DNA of 62,597 bases, filler included, from Octopus bimaculoides (lineage: Eukaryota): the NCBI RefSeq assembly GCF_001194135.2. It is 5 parts of 4 records of this genome, joined end to end, with 100 filler letters (N's around TTAATTAATTAA, not from the genome) between each part and the next. Parts side by side here need not be neighbours in the genome. Positions count along the whole stretch, not along the records: positions 1 to 25,091 come from NC_068983.1; 4 more parts are not named here. One strand, written 5' to 3'. The notes beneath the pieces were generated by a model. It was given only the letters and a program-made list of their open reading frames with translations, was not told where the DNA came from and made no database searches. Shown in pieces: positions 1 through 13,720 of the stretch. A program made the translations under genes and the position numbers. Position 1 is the first letter of the stretch. The number at the start of each line of letters is the position of its first letter.

Positions 1-384
1 AGCCCCAGGAGGACATCTCCTCCAGCTGGCTTATCGACACACGACTGTGTCCTGTTTGCCAAGGGAGTTATCCCTCTCACCACGACCAGCAGCACGAACG
101 TATCCGGATTTCAGGGTTATTTCCCTTCTTCGGCGTTCGACAGCTGATGACCTTGGTGAGAGAGAAAAACCTGGCAAAATCTTATATCTTCTTTTCCAGT
201 GACATTCTTCACTGATATTATATATATATATATTATATATATATATATATATACAAAGTATGGGGGTTTAATTCACAGGTGATCTAAACGATTAGGTATG
301 ATAGGTAAGTACTGTAACAGATTGCTAGGGCTCCAAGGAATTGTAAATTTTGAGAGTATGTGAAAGAATTCTTTTTGAGAATGC

Positions 385-650
385 CAGTGCTGGTGGCACA
401 TAAAAAGCACCACTTGAGTGTGGTCAGTGCCAGTGCCACCAGACCGGAGCTCCTGTGCTGGTGGCACATAAAAAGCACCCACTACACTCTTGGAGTGGTT
501 GGTATTAGGAAGGGCATCCAGCTGTAGAAACCTTGCCAAATCAGATTGGAGCCTGGTGCAGCCTCCTGGCTTGCCAGTCCTCAATCAAAAAGTGTCCAAC
601 ACATGCCAGCATGGAAAGTGGTCATTAAATGATGATGATGATGATGATTT
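385..650 (+). mobile_element. RTE-type 3'-end element (5'-truncated LINE tail or non-autonomous derivative) with (GAT)n tail
   Basis: GGCACATAAAAAGCACC units, GTTAGGAAGGGCATCCAGCTGTAGAAAC block and (GAT)n tail. The same element recurs about 15 times (e.g. 1740-2000, 2680-2980, 11040-11510, 19260-19500, 23320-23440, 32080-32300, 39800-40100). Confidence 0.8.
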
Positions 651-907
651 TGATGATGTTGATGATGTTGATGATTCTGCCTCCTCACTGCTTTTTGTGG
701 TTTATGATTTAAAAAAAAATGCCAGCGATTTTGAGCGGATGGGGAGTTAGTCATTTACCATTCATCCCAGTACTTAACTGGTACTTTATTTCATTGATCC
801 CTGGAAGAATGAAAGACAAAGTCGACAGTAGTGGGATTTGAACTCAGAATGTAAAAGAAAACCAAAATAAATACCACAAGGTATTTTGTTTAATGTTCTA
901 ATGATTA

Positions 908-1397
908 TGTAGCAATTATTCAAAGCTGAAACTGCTTGGTGGCTGAGGAGACATCACGGCCAAACCACAGTAGTTTCACATGATCAGCCAGTTAGGCAAC
1001 CAATCAGTGTCGATCCCTCATGTGATTCAATCTCCTAGAATCTTCTCTTTGCACTTAATAAAAAGGCATTTTTTGGCGGTAATTGCAGGGTTTTGACGCA
1101 GCCATGCATTATGTCTCCATTCTCACTGTATCCAGCTGATTAAGACATATGAGTAATAGTAGACAGGAATTACAGTCACCATGAGTGATTTCCAGTGTGA
1201 TGGGTCAGCCATAGATTGCTGTATTAGTAAGTTTGTTGTATGCCCCAAGCGGTATCTCTCTCTCCCTGTATGTAATTATTTCTGTTGTTATTTGTAAAAG
1301 ACCAACGCAGTTAAAACTCCTTGTGCAATAATAAAATCTTCTGTTACTAGTTTTGTGGGTGCTGTCAGTTATTTATTCATGTGGCCCAAGGAATACA
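908..1397 (+). mobile_element. solo LTR-like segment
   Basis: Starts TGTAGC and ends TACA; contains CCAATCA and an AATAAA near the 3' end. No target-site duplication found. Confidence 0.4.
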
Positions 1398-3009
1398 TTT
1401 TCATTCATCACTTCAGTCATCACAGCCAACAACAACAACAAACCACACTAACACCCGCCATGACAGTTCTGCTAATTCACCATCCTAACCTCAAACAACA
1501 ACAATAATAACCAGAATTTCCTTGTTTCTGCCAAGGGCAACAGGATTGGCAAGATTACAAGGACACATTGCAGAAGAAATGGTTGAGATTTACATAGAAA
1601 TGAGAATGAATAAAATCAGGGATGCAAAAGAAATATCAGTGTATAATAAAAGAAAATGAAACAACCCAGTTGGAAGAGAGCAGCCTTGGGTTAAATACAC
1701 ATCCCAGATTGTCGTTACCATCAAAAGCAAGTGTCGTCTCCCAGCTACATCATCATCACCATCATCATTTAACATCTGCTTTTCATGCTGGCATGGGTTA
1801 GACAGTTTAATCTAGGGAGCTACACCAGGTCCCGATCTGATTTGGCAGAGTTTTTCTACAGCTGGATGCCCTTCCTAACGCCAACCACTCCGAGAGTGTA
1901 GTGGGTGCTTTTACATGACACCGGCACGAAGGCCAGTCAGGCGGTACTGGCAACGGCCACGCTAAGAATGGTGTATTTTACATGCCACCTGCACAGGAGC
2001 CAGTCCAGNNNNNNNNNNNNNNNNNNNNNNNNNNNNNNNNNNNNNNNNNNNNNNNNNNNNNNNNNNNNNNNNNNNNNNNNNNNNNNNNNNNNGAATGTCT
2101 TTACACGTGCCAGGAAGGTAACACGGGGCACAGGTGCCATCACGATTTCGCTTTCCCCAACAGGTCTTTGCAAGCCGAGTTTAGTCTCCAATGAAGGAGA
2201 CGCCGTTGGCATGGGAGCCAGTCGTTGAATTTAGTTCGATTTCAATTTCACTTGCCTCAACAGGTCTTCGCAAGCGGAGTTTAATGTCCTATGAAGGAAG
2301 ATATATATATATATAATGGGCTTCTTTCAGTTTTCATTGACCAAATCCACTCACAAGGCTTTGGTCAGCCCAAGGCTATAATAGAAGATGCTTGCCCAAG
2401 GTACCATGCAGTGGGACTGAACTCAGAACCATGTGGTTGGTAAGCAAGCCTCTTACCACACAGCCACTCCTGCTCCTATTTGAAAACTCAGATATTAGTG
2501 TGGTAATTCTTGCCTTCACATGTAGCCTGTTTAATATTGTAAAGAATTAATGATTAAAATCTCACCACATGTGTATGTTGTATTATTTTATATTTGAATG
2601 AGGCAGTGAGCTGGCAGAACTGCCAGCACACCAAGCATTATGCTTAAGAACGTTTCATCCGTTTTTAGTTTCCTCATTATCATCATCGTTTAACGTCTGC
2701 CTTCCATGTTGGCATGGGTGGGACAGCTCGACAGGAGCCGACCTGGCAGAAGCTTGCTCCAGACTTCTGTGTCTCTTTTGGCAGGATTTTTACAGCTGGA
2801 TGCCCTTCCTAACACCAACCACTCAGCAGAGTGGACTTAGTGCTTTTTACGTGGTCCAAGCACAGGCAAAGTCAGTTTTGGCAAGGTTTTTACAGCTGGA
2901 TGCCCTTCTAAATGCCACCCACTTTACAGTGTAGACTGGGTGCTTTTAAGTGGCACCTGCACTGACAGGGTCACCAAGTACTTGCAAGACAAAACAAAGT
3001 TAAATTAAA

Positions 3010-3370
3010 AGAAAAATGCTGAGATCAACTTTGCCTTTCATTCTTTTGGGGGTCAATAAAATATATACCAGTTGAGTACTGGGGGTGATGCAATCGACCT
3101 ACGCACTCACCTAACTTTGCTGGCTTTGTGCCAAGAATTGAAACCATTATTTAGACGGTGAGCTGTCAGTATTGTTTGCATATCGGACAAAACGTTTGGC
3201 AGTATTTCTTCCTACTCTTTACTTTCTGAGTTCAAATTGCACTGAGGTCGACTTTACCTTTCATCTTTTCAGGGTTGATAAAATATGTACCTGTTGAACA
3301 CTAGGGTCCATGTAATCAACTTACTCATCTCCCACTCGAAATTTCTGGTCTTGTGCCAAAATAGGAAAAC
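3010..3370 (+). mobile_element. decayed tandem copies of Nin/Deu-domain-type SINE
   Basis: GAGTTCAAAT...GGTCGACTTT(A/G)CCTTTCATC...GATAAAAT core matches the young copy at 55001-55230. Confidence 0.7.
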
Positions 3371-3876
3371 AATGTTTTATACTTGATTTTAATTGAAAGA
3401 TCTATTGTGCGACTTATATGCAAAGCAATGCTAAAATTATGGAAGGGAAAGATGTAACATTTATTAAATGAAAGATGCAACTGATATATGAATAAATATG
3501 GTATATTTATCTGTGGTTAAATGCAATATTGTTTACACAAACACAAGTTAAACAGGGTGTTGCATTGTCCCTAGTTTTTCAAACATAAGGACTTGTGTAT
3601 AATATTTCTCTTGACTAGAATCTAATATTTGAGAAGAGTGAGATTATTGTAAATTCCTGGTGGATCATGGATCACTAATCATTTTTGAACTCCATTTCAT
3701 GCTCTGATACTGTGAAAGGATAGAAAGTTCAGTACAAGAAATGGCAAAAAAAAAATAGAGAACTAAAATTTATTGATGCCACAGACGAGGACAGAATATT
3801 AAAAGAGGGAAAAAAATGGAACTTGCACGAAATCTATTTTCAGATTACATAACTTTCCAGACATTGACTGTAGCTG

Positions 3877-3914
<38 letters not shown>

Positions 3915-4649
3915 CTACTCCCACTACCATTATCTTCAATATCCTCCTTAAGGTCACATGACATTCAGCTTTCTAATGGTAACCATTTTATTGCTGTTGC
4001 TGTTGTCACCAACATATGAAATAACGGAAACCAGTGGCAGGGTACAAACACGAAACAAAATTAACCAAAAAAAAAAAAAAATCTCTAGATTCTGGTCTAG
4101 ATGTTTACAGAAGTTCGTAATTGACTATTTACAGCAATTCTGCCTTTAAATACTTTCATAAAATGACACCCCCACCCCACCCACCAAAAATACAAATCCT
4201 TACCTGAAAAACAAGTAAGAGTTGTTGACAGGAAGTGCATCCAGTCGTAAAAACTCTGCTTTGATAGTTATTTCTGTCTGCCTGACTGGCTCCCATGCCG
4301 GTGGCACATAAAAAGCACCAACCGAATATGGCCGATGCCAGTACCCCCAGACTGGCTCCCATGCTGGTGGTACGTAAAATGCACTATCCGAACATGATCG
4401 ACGCCAGGCCCACCTTAGTGGCACTGGCTACAACGGAAGAAAAATTAATTGCAGTGTATTTCAACAGAAATATGGTAACAAAAGGGTTAAAGTGATCTAG
4501 ATTAAAACTCACCATCATAATTTCATGCTTAGCTTAATAATAATAAAATTATGTCACTAAATTCTGTGTTATTTTTAACTTTAATTCAAAGGGAAGCAGT
4601 TTATCTTAACAGACATTTTGGTTAATGAGAGTTATTTATTTTGCTATTA

Positions 4650-4700
4650 CCACCTGCAGCAGCAGCACCACTACCACCACCATTATTACTACTGCTACTG

Positions 4701-4731
<31 letters not shown>

Positions 4732-4802
4732 CCCCATTAATACTGCTGCTGCTGCTGCTACTACTACTATGACTACCACTACTACTACCACCATTACTGC
4801 TT

Positions 4803-4861
<59 letters not shown>

Positions 4862-4880
4862 ACTACTACTACTACTACTG
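4650..4880. repeat. compound trinucleotide microsatellite (ACT/GCT/ACC)n
   Basis: Seen directly; explains the poly-S and poly-T ORFs. Confidence 0.95.
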
Positions 4881-5229
4881 TCTTTATAATATAGATCCTT
4901 GTTTTTAAATTTCATTATTTGGTATGTGTGTGTGTGTGTGAATATGTAGGTGTATGTATAAGTATAGATGTGTAGCTGTGTGTGTGTGTGTGTGTGTGTA
5001 GGCATATGGGTCTGTAGGTAGATGTGTATAGGCGTCGGATGTGTGTGTGTGTGTGTGAGTTATTGATTTACAGTTTTCCTTGTCCTGAATTAAGAAATTA
5101 ATATCCTGAATCAGTAGTTTTTTTCTTTTTTTGTTTTGTTATTTCCTTTTTGTGGTGGCCATATTAGTAAGGTTGACATTTTTTAAATATTTTTTTTGGT
5201 CTTTAGTGTTGACTGTGTGTCAGGAGACA

Positions 5230-6590
5230 GTCACAACAACAACAACAACATTTAGATAGCTGTCATAGTTTAGGTTGTCACACGCACACACACACACACA
5301 TACACACACACATACATAAATACATATATATATACACACATACACATGCACATATACATATGTATATGTAAATAGGTATTCACTTACACATTTACACACA
5401 TACATACACACACATATATACATACACATACATACATGCATACATACATATATACACTCAAACATACATGTATACACACACATACATAGATATATACATA
5501 CACATGCACATATACACATACATATGTAAATAGATATTAACTTATACATATACAAGCATATGTACACACACACCCATACATATACACATACATACACATG
5601 CATACATAAACATACATACATACATATATACACACAAACATACATGTATACACACACATACACACATATGTAAATAGATATTCACTTATACATATACACA
5701 CATGCACACATACATACACATGTAAATAGATATTTGCTTATATACACACATACATACACGTAGAAAAATACATACACATGCATACACACACAAACATATA
5801 TGTCTACATACACATGCACAAACACACACATATATACATACAGACAAGAACAGGAATCTCTGATTGGTGGGTGTTTGTCATTGAGAATACGATGGAAACG
5901 GATACTCATACAAGACCACCATCATCCCCACCACTACCACCACCACCATCACTGCCACCATTACCACCACCATCATCATCACCACTGCAACCAACACCAT
6001 CACCACTACCACCACGACCACCAACACCTGTTCAAATATACACCTACAGATATAAACGCATATAAATACACCCACATGTATAAAGTCACCCACACACATG
6101 CAAACACACTTGCATGCATAAACACACCCACGCATTCATGCATATACTTACCCACATGTGTATAAATGAACTTGTGCTTGTATAATACATCTTCATATAT
6201 AGCAACACATCCACACATACATGTTTATTACACCTACTCACACATACCTGCACATATACAAGCACACACACACACACACACTCACATTTGCATGTACACA
6301 TGTATGTACATGCACGGACACACACACATACACACATGCCTACAAACATATGCACACATACAAAGTCTCACACAATTTGCACATACACACACATCTAGAT
6401 ACATATATCTACACATATGCACATGCATACCTACACACACACACACACATTTACACATATATATACTCCTAACTGTTCACATACATACAACTACACATAC
6501 ATACCCATACTTATTCACCCATACACACCTAGACATATACATTCATACATACCTAGACACACACACACACACAGACTGGTTATTTGCATA
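5230..6590. repeat. cryptic (CA/TA/TACA)n low-complexity tract with an internal (CAC/CAT)n block
   Basis: Seen directly. Confidence 0.95.
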
Positions 6591-7234
6591 TACAGACATT
6601 CACGCTGTTAGTGGTGATCAATGAAAGGTTTCAGTTTGATTTCTCATCTGATTAATTCCTAAACGAATATTTTGTTAGTCCATCGCAGATAATGATATGT
6701 TTCATGGTTATTGAGGGTTAAATATGTGCTTTGGGAATACGTGTTCAGATATGACAGTTTTCACACACACACACACACACACACATTTACTCACCCTGGT
6801 GACAGGAAGAGCACCCAGCCTTAAAATGCTGTTTCAAGTGATTCCCCATCCAACCCATACTTGCATCTTTTATTTTACCCTTGTTTCGGTCATTTGATTG
6901 TGGCCATGCTGGGGCAGTGCCTTGAACGGTTTTAGTTGAACAAATTGGCTCCAGTGTTTATGTGTTTTTAAAAAGCCTCCTACTTATTCTATCAGTATCT
7001 TTTGCCAAACTGTTAAGTTATGGGGACATAAACACACCAATGCCAGTGGTAGAAACCAAACCAAAACAGACAATGGAATCTGGTGCTACTCCTCACCTTG
7101 CCAGCTCCTGTCAACCCATCCAACCCATGCCAGCATGGAAAATGGAAATTAAATTATGATGATGATGATGATGACATTGAGCATACATCATTTTGTTGTC
7201 ACATTAAAAAGAAATCATAAACAGGTGTAGCTGT

Positions 7235-7645
7235 GGCCAGTGCACCTTGACTGGCTTGCGTTCCAGTGGCATGTAAAAAGCATCATCCGAATGTGATCGA
7301 TTCCAGTACCCACTGACGGGCTCCCATGCCGGTGGCACGTAAAAAGCATCATCTGAACATGGCCAATGCCAGTAAAACCTGACTGGCTCCCATGCCAGTG
7401 GCATGTAAAAAGCACCATCCGAATGTGGCCAATGCCAGTACCCTCTGACTGGCTCCTGTGCTGGTGGCATGTAAAAAGCACCCACTACACATTCTCGGAG
7501 TGGTTGGCGTTAGGAAGGGCATCCAGTTGTAGAAATGTTGCCAGATCAGATTGGGGCCTGGTGCTGCTACTGCTGCTGCAGGCTCTCCAGACCTCTCCAA
7601 CCCATGCCAGCATGGAAAACAGACGTTAAATGATGATGATGATGT
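7235..7645 (+). mobile_element. RTE-type 3'-end element with four internal tandem units of about 65 bp
   Basis: Four TGACTGGCTCC...GGCA(C/T)GTAAAAAGCA units, then the conserved tail and (GAT)n. Confidence 0.85.
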
Positions 7646-8476
7646 GTCTGATAGAAGAATTACACCTGATTCTGATTAATATTTAATTGGATGCTGGTAA
7701 GAAATGAGGCAGATGTTCAATTATTGATAAAGATAATGCTTCTAAACTCACATTAGTGGATTTTAGTCTTAGGGTTAGCATTTGTGTGAGAAAATTCTGT
7801 TTCTGTGAAATGTCCAGGGAATTATTATATGCATTCTTCCATAGATTGTAATAAAATCAATCATCATCATCATTGCCATCACCACCATCATCATCATCAT
7901 CGCCATTATTATCATCATCATTACCATCATCATCATCATCATCAACAGTAGCATCATTATCACCATCATCATCATCATCATCATTTATCTGTCTTCAGTG
8001 AACTTCATGGTTCCATGGATTGAATGGTTTGACATGATCTGATGAGGATAATGATGATGATGATGATGATGACATTGAGCATACATCATTTTTGTTGTCA
8101 CATTAAAAAGAAATCATAAACAGGTGTAGCTGTGGCCAGGGCACCCTGACTGGCTCCCGTTCTGGTTGCACCTAAAAAGCACTATGGATTGAATGGTTTG
8201 ACAGGATCTGATGATTCAGAGGACTGCATCATATTCCATTGCCTGCTTTGGCATAGGTTCTATGGTTGGATGCCCTTTCCAATGCCAACCACTTTACAGA
8301 GTGTATTGGGTGCCTTTTATTTTTCATAGCACCAACACTAGTGAGGTTCCTTTGTAACTTGCAAGACTAATGATCTCCCTTATTGAGTGGGAGTATTATA
8401 GAGAGGGGGGCAGTTTTTATGCAAGACATTGAGTGGCTAAGATCAGAAAGAAAAGACAAGAATAAGTTTCTTGTAG

Positions 8477-8706
8477 AGATCCTATTTTACAAACCCAGAA
8501 CAGAGGCCTGGTTGCTGTGTGCATAAGCAATTTGTATGAGCACGTATATGTATTTATTCTCATCATCATTATTATTATCGTCAGTTTATATCTACTTTTT
8601 ATGCTGGCATGGGTTGGAAGGATTATCAAAATTAAAGTCAATTTTTGCTTACAGTCACTATTCTCCTAGATATGATGGAGGATCATGCTCATATTATCCA
8701 TTTTAA
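8477..8706 (+). CDS. possible last two exons of an unidentified gene (8477-8533, 8655-8706): DPILQTQNRGLVAVCISNF/HYSPRYDGGSCSYYPF*
   Basis: TTCTTGTAG and TTTTTGCTTACAG acceptors, GTATGA donor, phase-2 compatible, 121-nt intron, ends in TAA. No homology recognised. Confidence 0.25.
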
Positions 8707-11042
8707 AAATAATTTTTTCATGGTTTCTATAGCCAGAAGCCCAGAAGGACATATCAATCACTTAACAGTGTGTTTTGGGGGCACCAGCACAACAGAGGTT
8801 ATCATGCCCTCAGTGAGACCTAACACTACTCTATTTTGTCTCTGATCATTTAACAATTAAATGCCAAAGCTATATATATATTAAATGTTTGTCAAGGAAC
8901 CATGTTCAGGACAGGAATTGTACAATAATTATATAAATGAGCAAATTATTTGTAATTTTTGCTAATATTTCCATAGTTCTTGAAGATGTTAATTCATTTA
9001 ATTATTACTGCTCATAATTTGAACCTTTAACATTTAACTCATTGTCAACCCAGTTCTTCAAACCTAGATCTCTACTAATTACAGAATTAATAAACCTTGT
9101 GATATTTTCATTAATATTTCTGATTGGAAAAAGAAAAAAACATAAGACAAAAATAATGTTCATTAAATCTTCTGCCAAGAAAATTCTGCATTGCGTGTTA
9201 TATGACGTATTTCTTAGAAGAAATGACAATGTTTTGTATTACTTTTACTGCGATGCTGTAATTATTCATTTCCATTTTACCATTTTTACAAAAGTCACTC
9301 TAGCTACTCTCTGTTCTGTGCTGCGATGAAATTTAATTAAGGAATGTCAAAAAATTTTGTTTTGTTAATGGAATGTAATTGTTCTATCTCTGATGAAAAC
9401 ATAATTGAATACCTCAGCTTAATTTAGAGATGATTAACTGGATGGAATCATAATGCTAGAGCAAAAATACCAGTGTGTATAACATTTATATTGTCTCTAC
9501 ATATCTGGAATGACATTAGACAAAATATTTTGTCACAAAGAAATTTCTAAAAGAGACTGATGTGTTAAAAAACACAGGCTGTGGCTCAGAACACCAGTGG
9601 ATTGTCTGACAGTTTCAATCTGATTTGGTCTCATCAGTGATAAATATACTGGACATTCTGAGCCAAGCCAAAAATGTGTGTTCTGAAATAGAAATTGATA
9701 AATAAAGCATTTACTAATTTGTGAGCAAGCAAACCAGGCTAGAACGTGCAGAGTATTGTTCACTTAGGAGACCAAATTAGGTCATAGCACCATCTCTAAC
9801 ATCTTGTTGAGGACACAATAACCGCACTTGCGCTGGTGCCATCATAAAATGTGTCCAAAATAAATATTGTTAGGAAAGCATCCAGCTGCAGAAACCATGC
9901 CTCAGATTGGAGACCTTGTCAAAATACTTGCAACAGAGTGGACATAACAAAAGTCACACAAGGGCCAGGAGCCAGAGGATTTAATCCAAGGTAACAGATG
10001 AAGTCTGCATATTACAGCACGAAAATTATCCTTGATATGTTCTGAGATGCACTGAGGTTTATAGAGAGTTATCTCCCTTCCTGGACATTGTTGACAGTGC
10101 ATGACAAGAACTGGGGAAAGATATAAATGGTGGTCTCCTGGAATGTGAAGAAGGAATCACTACCATGAGGTTCCTCACGGTTCATCAGAACTCAGATATT
10201 GACTACATAATGTTCATTGTGGTATTCCTTCTTTTACGGAAGATATTACCCGAATAGTAGTCTAGTAGGTCATTACTTGTTGATGTGAATCCACTCCTAC
10301 CGGCTAAGAAGACAGTCCACTTTGCTAGTTTTGAAATATACTTATGAAATAATAAATAAAATTTCTAATTACTTATTTTTTCAATCCTTCTATATTTATT
10401 GTTGACATGTTAGAAAATCCAGCAATGTGCCCCCCCCCTCCCGCCATGGCAATAAACCTGCTCTGTTCTGGCCCCTTCTCACATACTTTACTCTCTCATC
10501 TCCCAGCACAAAACTGTTCCCTCACCCCCACCTTGGGGTTCATAATCTTGCAAGCTACATGACAACCTCACTAGTGTAAAAAAAACACCTGGTGCATGCC
10601 GTAAATTGGTTGACATTAGAAAGGGCATTCGACCCTGAAACCCCTGCCAATGAAAGCCCTGGAGCATGACGCAGTCCTTGGACCTGTCAGATCCTGTCAA
10701 ACCATCAAAGCTTTGCCAGCATGGGAATGAGAGCATTTAATGATGATAATGATCCACTTATTTCTTAGTTTATGGTCGGTGGTCCAATAAGGACGGGAAT
10801 TTCAAGAGGCCCACCTGCAGTCACTAAGCTCACCCCTCCCCCATCCAACCCCCATCCATCTGGGCTACTTTCAAGGACTGAGATAATGATTTTTAAGAGC
10901 AACTTGCAATTTGTAGTTTCCTTCGTTCCGTCACAAATACAATCCAAGACCTAGATTTCTGTCAAGCATCAAACTCCAAGAACCACTCCTTCACTCTCAC
11001 AATACACTCATCTACCATTTCCTCTAGATTGAATAACACCTG

Positions 11043-11095
<53 letters not shown>

Positions 11096-12607
11096 TTAAC
11101 GTCCGTTTCCCATGCTGGCTAGTTTGACAGGAGTTGGCAAGGCTGGAGAGCTGCACCAGGTTCCATTGTCTGTTTTGGCATGGTTTCGACAGCTGGATGC
11201 CCTTCCTAATATGCCAACCACTCTGAGAGTGTACAGGATGCATTTTATATGGTGCTGGCATGGGTGATTTTTTGTGTGGCACCAGTATGGAGGCCTTTTA
11301 CATGGTGCCATCGCAGGGGTTTTTACATGGCACCAACATGAGTGCTTTTTTACATGTCACCAGCACAGATCAAGTGGCTTTAATTCTTTACTCATCGGAC
11401 ACGTTTGGTTGGTGCTTTTTACGTGCCACCAGCATGAGAGCCAGTCTGGAGTACTGGCATCAGCCACATTTGGATGGTGCTTTTTACGTGCCACTGGTAT
11501 GGGAGTCAGTCAAGTGGACCTATATGTGTGTGTGTGAAGGCACATGGCTTAGTGGTTAGGGTGTTACATTCACGATTATGTATGTATGTATGTAGGTAGG
11601 TAGGTAGGTAGGTAGGTAGGTAGGTAGGTAGGTAGATAGGTGAGCAGACAGGTAAGCAGGCACACGGTATCCATTTACCAATTTCACCCAAAAGGTTTTG
11701 GTCAGCCTGGGGCTATAGCAGAATAATCTTGCCCAAGGTGCCACACAGTGGGACTGAACCTAAAACTTATGTGGTGGCAAAGTGAGCTGCTTAACCACAC
11801 AGCCATGCCTACAGCTATAAAACATGGGATTATAGTCAAAACACTTTATATAAAACAATGGATTAGTTTCAGGATTTATATATAGGAAGTATTGGATCAG
11901 CTTCAGATTATTTATTTCTTAGAATATTGGATCTGCTTAAGAATATATTCTGCAGATTATTTGATTAGATTCAGAATATTTTCTAGAGAACAATGGTTTC
12001 AATTCAGAACATCTTACATAGAACAATATAATAGATAATAATTGACTTGCTATTTGCAATCGTTGTTGTTGTTGTTCTTCTTCTTCTTTGTCTTCTTCAT
12101 GTTAATGTAAAATATTTCTATTTTACTCTCTCTCTCTCTCTCTCTCTCTTTGTTCTTGATTGATTTTGCTAAATTAAGAATAGAATTTGATACCTAATAA
12201 CAACAGCAACAACAACAACGACAACAACAACAACAGCAACAATAATAATAATCGTAATAACAATAATAATAACAACAATAATAATAAATTAGCTATCAAA
12301 TAATAAGAATACTATCATTAAATAGTTTTAAAAAATGTAATGAGATTGATATTCTAATTAGAATCATTAATCTAGCTAATAAGTTTAGTCTGTCAGAATT
12401 GAAGGACAAATGTAAATAAAAATGAAATTTTCAGTTTGTTTTATTTATTTATTTATTTATTATAGAAAGAATATTTTAAATGGTAATTGTCTGGTTAGCA
12501 AGACTTTGAAAAAAAAAACAAACAGTTGAAACAAAAACAATATAAAAACATAAAAGTTTCATGTTGCATATAATGTGAAAATAAACCAATCAAATGATAT
12601 ATATATA

Positions 12608-13229
12608 TGTAGCGAACTCTAGTGAACTTCCTCTCCCTATTATATATACACACACATATGAGGATAGCAGGTAACAGCTAACCTTTGGGCACTGTTTTGG
12701 ACCCTGTTGAGTCTACCACTCTGATTGGTTGGTATTGTCACAATTTGTCTCTTACTCTATCACACGTCAATATGCAACCCAACCAATCACAGCCTCCAAA
12801 TGAATCACATGAGACAGTCTGTCCTAAACTGCACTTGAGCCTACTTTTAGCTATAAAAACGCACCTCCTCCTAGTCTTGGGGTCTGTTGGTTCCACACCT
12901 TCTAAGGTCTAACCGCAGAACACATTACAGCAACCTCCATCTTCGTTGCCATCATGTCTCTCTCCAACGTCGGCAACAACATCTACACAACACCGACAAC
13001 ACTGCACTGGTTCTAACATATTGCTGTTCTTGAGCTTTCCTCACCAGGGTTAACAGCTAACATACAGCCCACGTAGATGTATGTAAATATATTAATAAAT
13101 GTCCATCAAACACATCCATTTATCATTCAGCTTGTGTATATATACGTGTGGCCAGCATTAAAGACATTTAAAGTTACCACCTTGTTCCATGTATTTCTTT
13201 ATACCTTGTTCCTGTCAAATAATATTACA
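12608..13229 (+). mobile_element. solo LTR-like segment
   Basis: TGTAGC start, CCAATCA, TATAAAA, AATAAA, and a CA end at either about 13166 or 13229. No clear TSD. Confidence 0.45.
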
Positions 13230-13488
13230 GCCTTCTGAGTAGAGTCACATAGATGGCTCAACAACCTATCCATATATATACTGATTGGAAAAAAAATTAA
13301 ATAAAGCGTCTTGCTCAAGGATGCATTGCACCGTCGGGAATTGAACTCGTAACTGAAAAGTCATCAGCCAAATGCCTTAACCACTAAGCTATGTACCTTC
13401 GCATGTATGAGTAGATGTAAACATGTAGCTATAGAATTCAGCTAATGCTGTGTGTATATAAACGGATGTAAATACCTTGTCTATATAT

Positions 13489-13720
13489 CAGGGCTGTGGA
13501 GTCAAAACAGAAAAACTTCAACTCCGACTCTGATTCTGGCTTCTGTACTATTGGCACCTCTGACTCCGATTCCGACTCCAACTGCTCTTTATGTAATTAA
13601 GTGACTGTGGTCTACGTATCTCAGAAAGCATACGCTTGTACTTTGAGTAGGCCTATATATGTTATAACTGGTTTAGATTAAAGAATAAAAATATAGTGAG
13701 TCAGAATCAGAGTTGGTATA
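13489..13720 (+). mobile_element. hAT-type MITE fragment
   Basis: CAGGGCTGTGGAGTC terminus with repeated GACTCC/GGAGTC subterminal motifs. Confidence 0.55.

Noticed and set aside
7250-7490. CRISPR-like regular array
   Set aside because: The whole 65-bp unit repeats with no unique spacers, it sits in a eukaryotic retroposon, and there are no cas genes.
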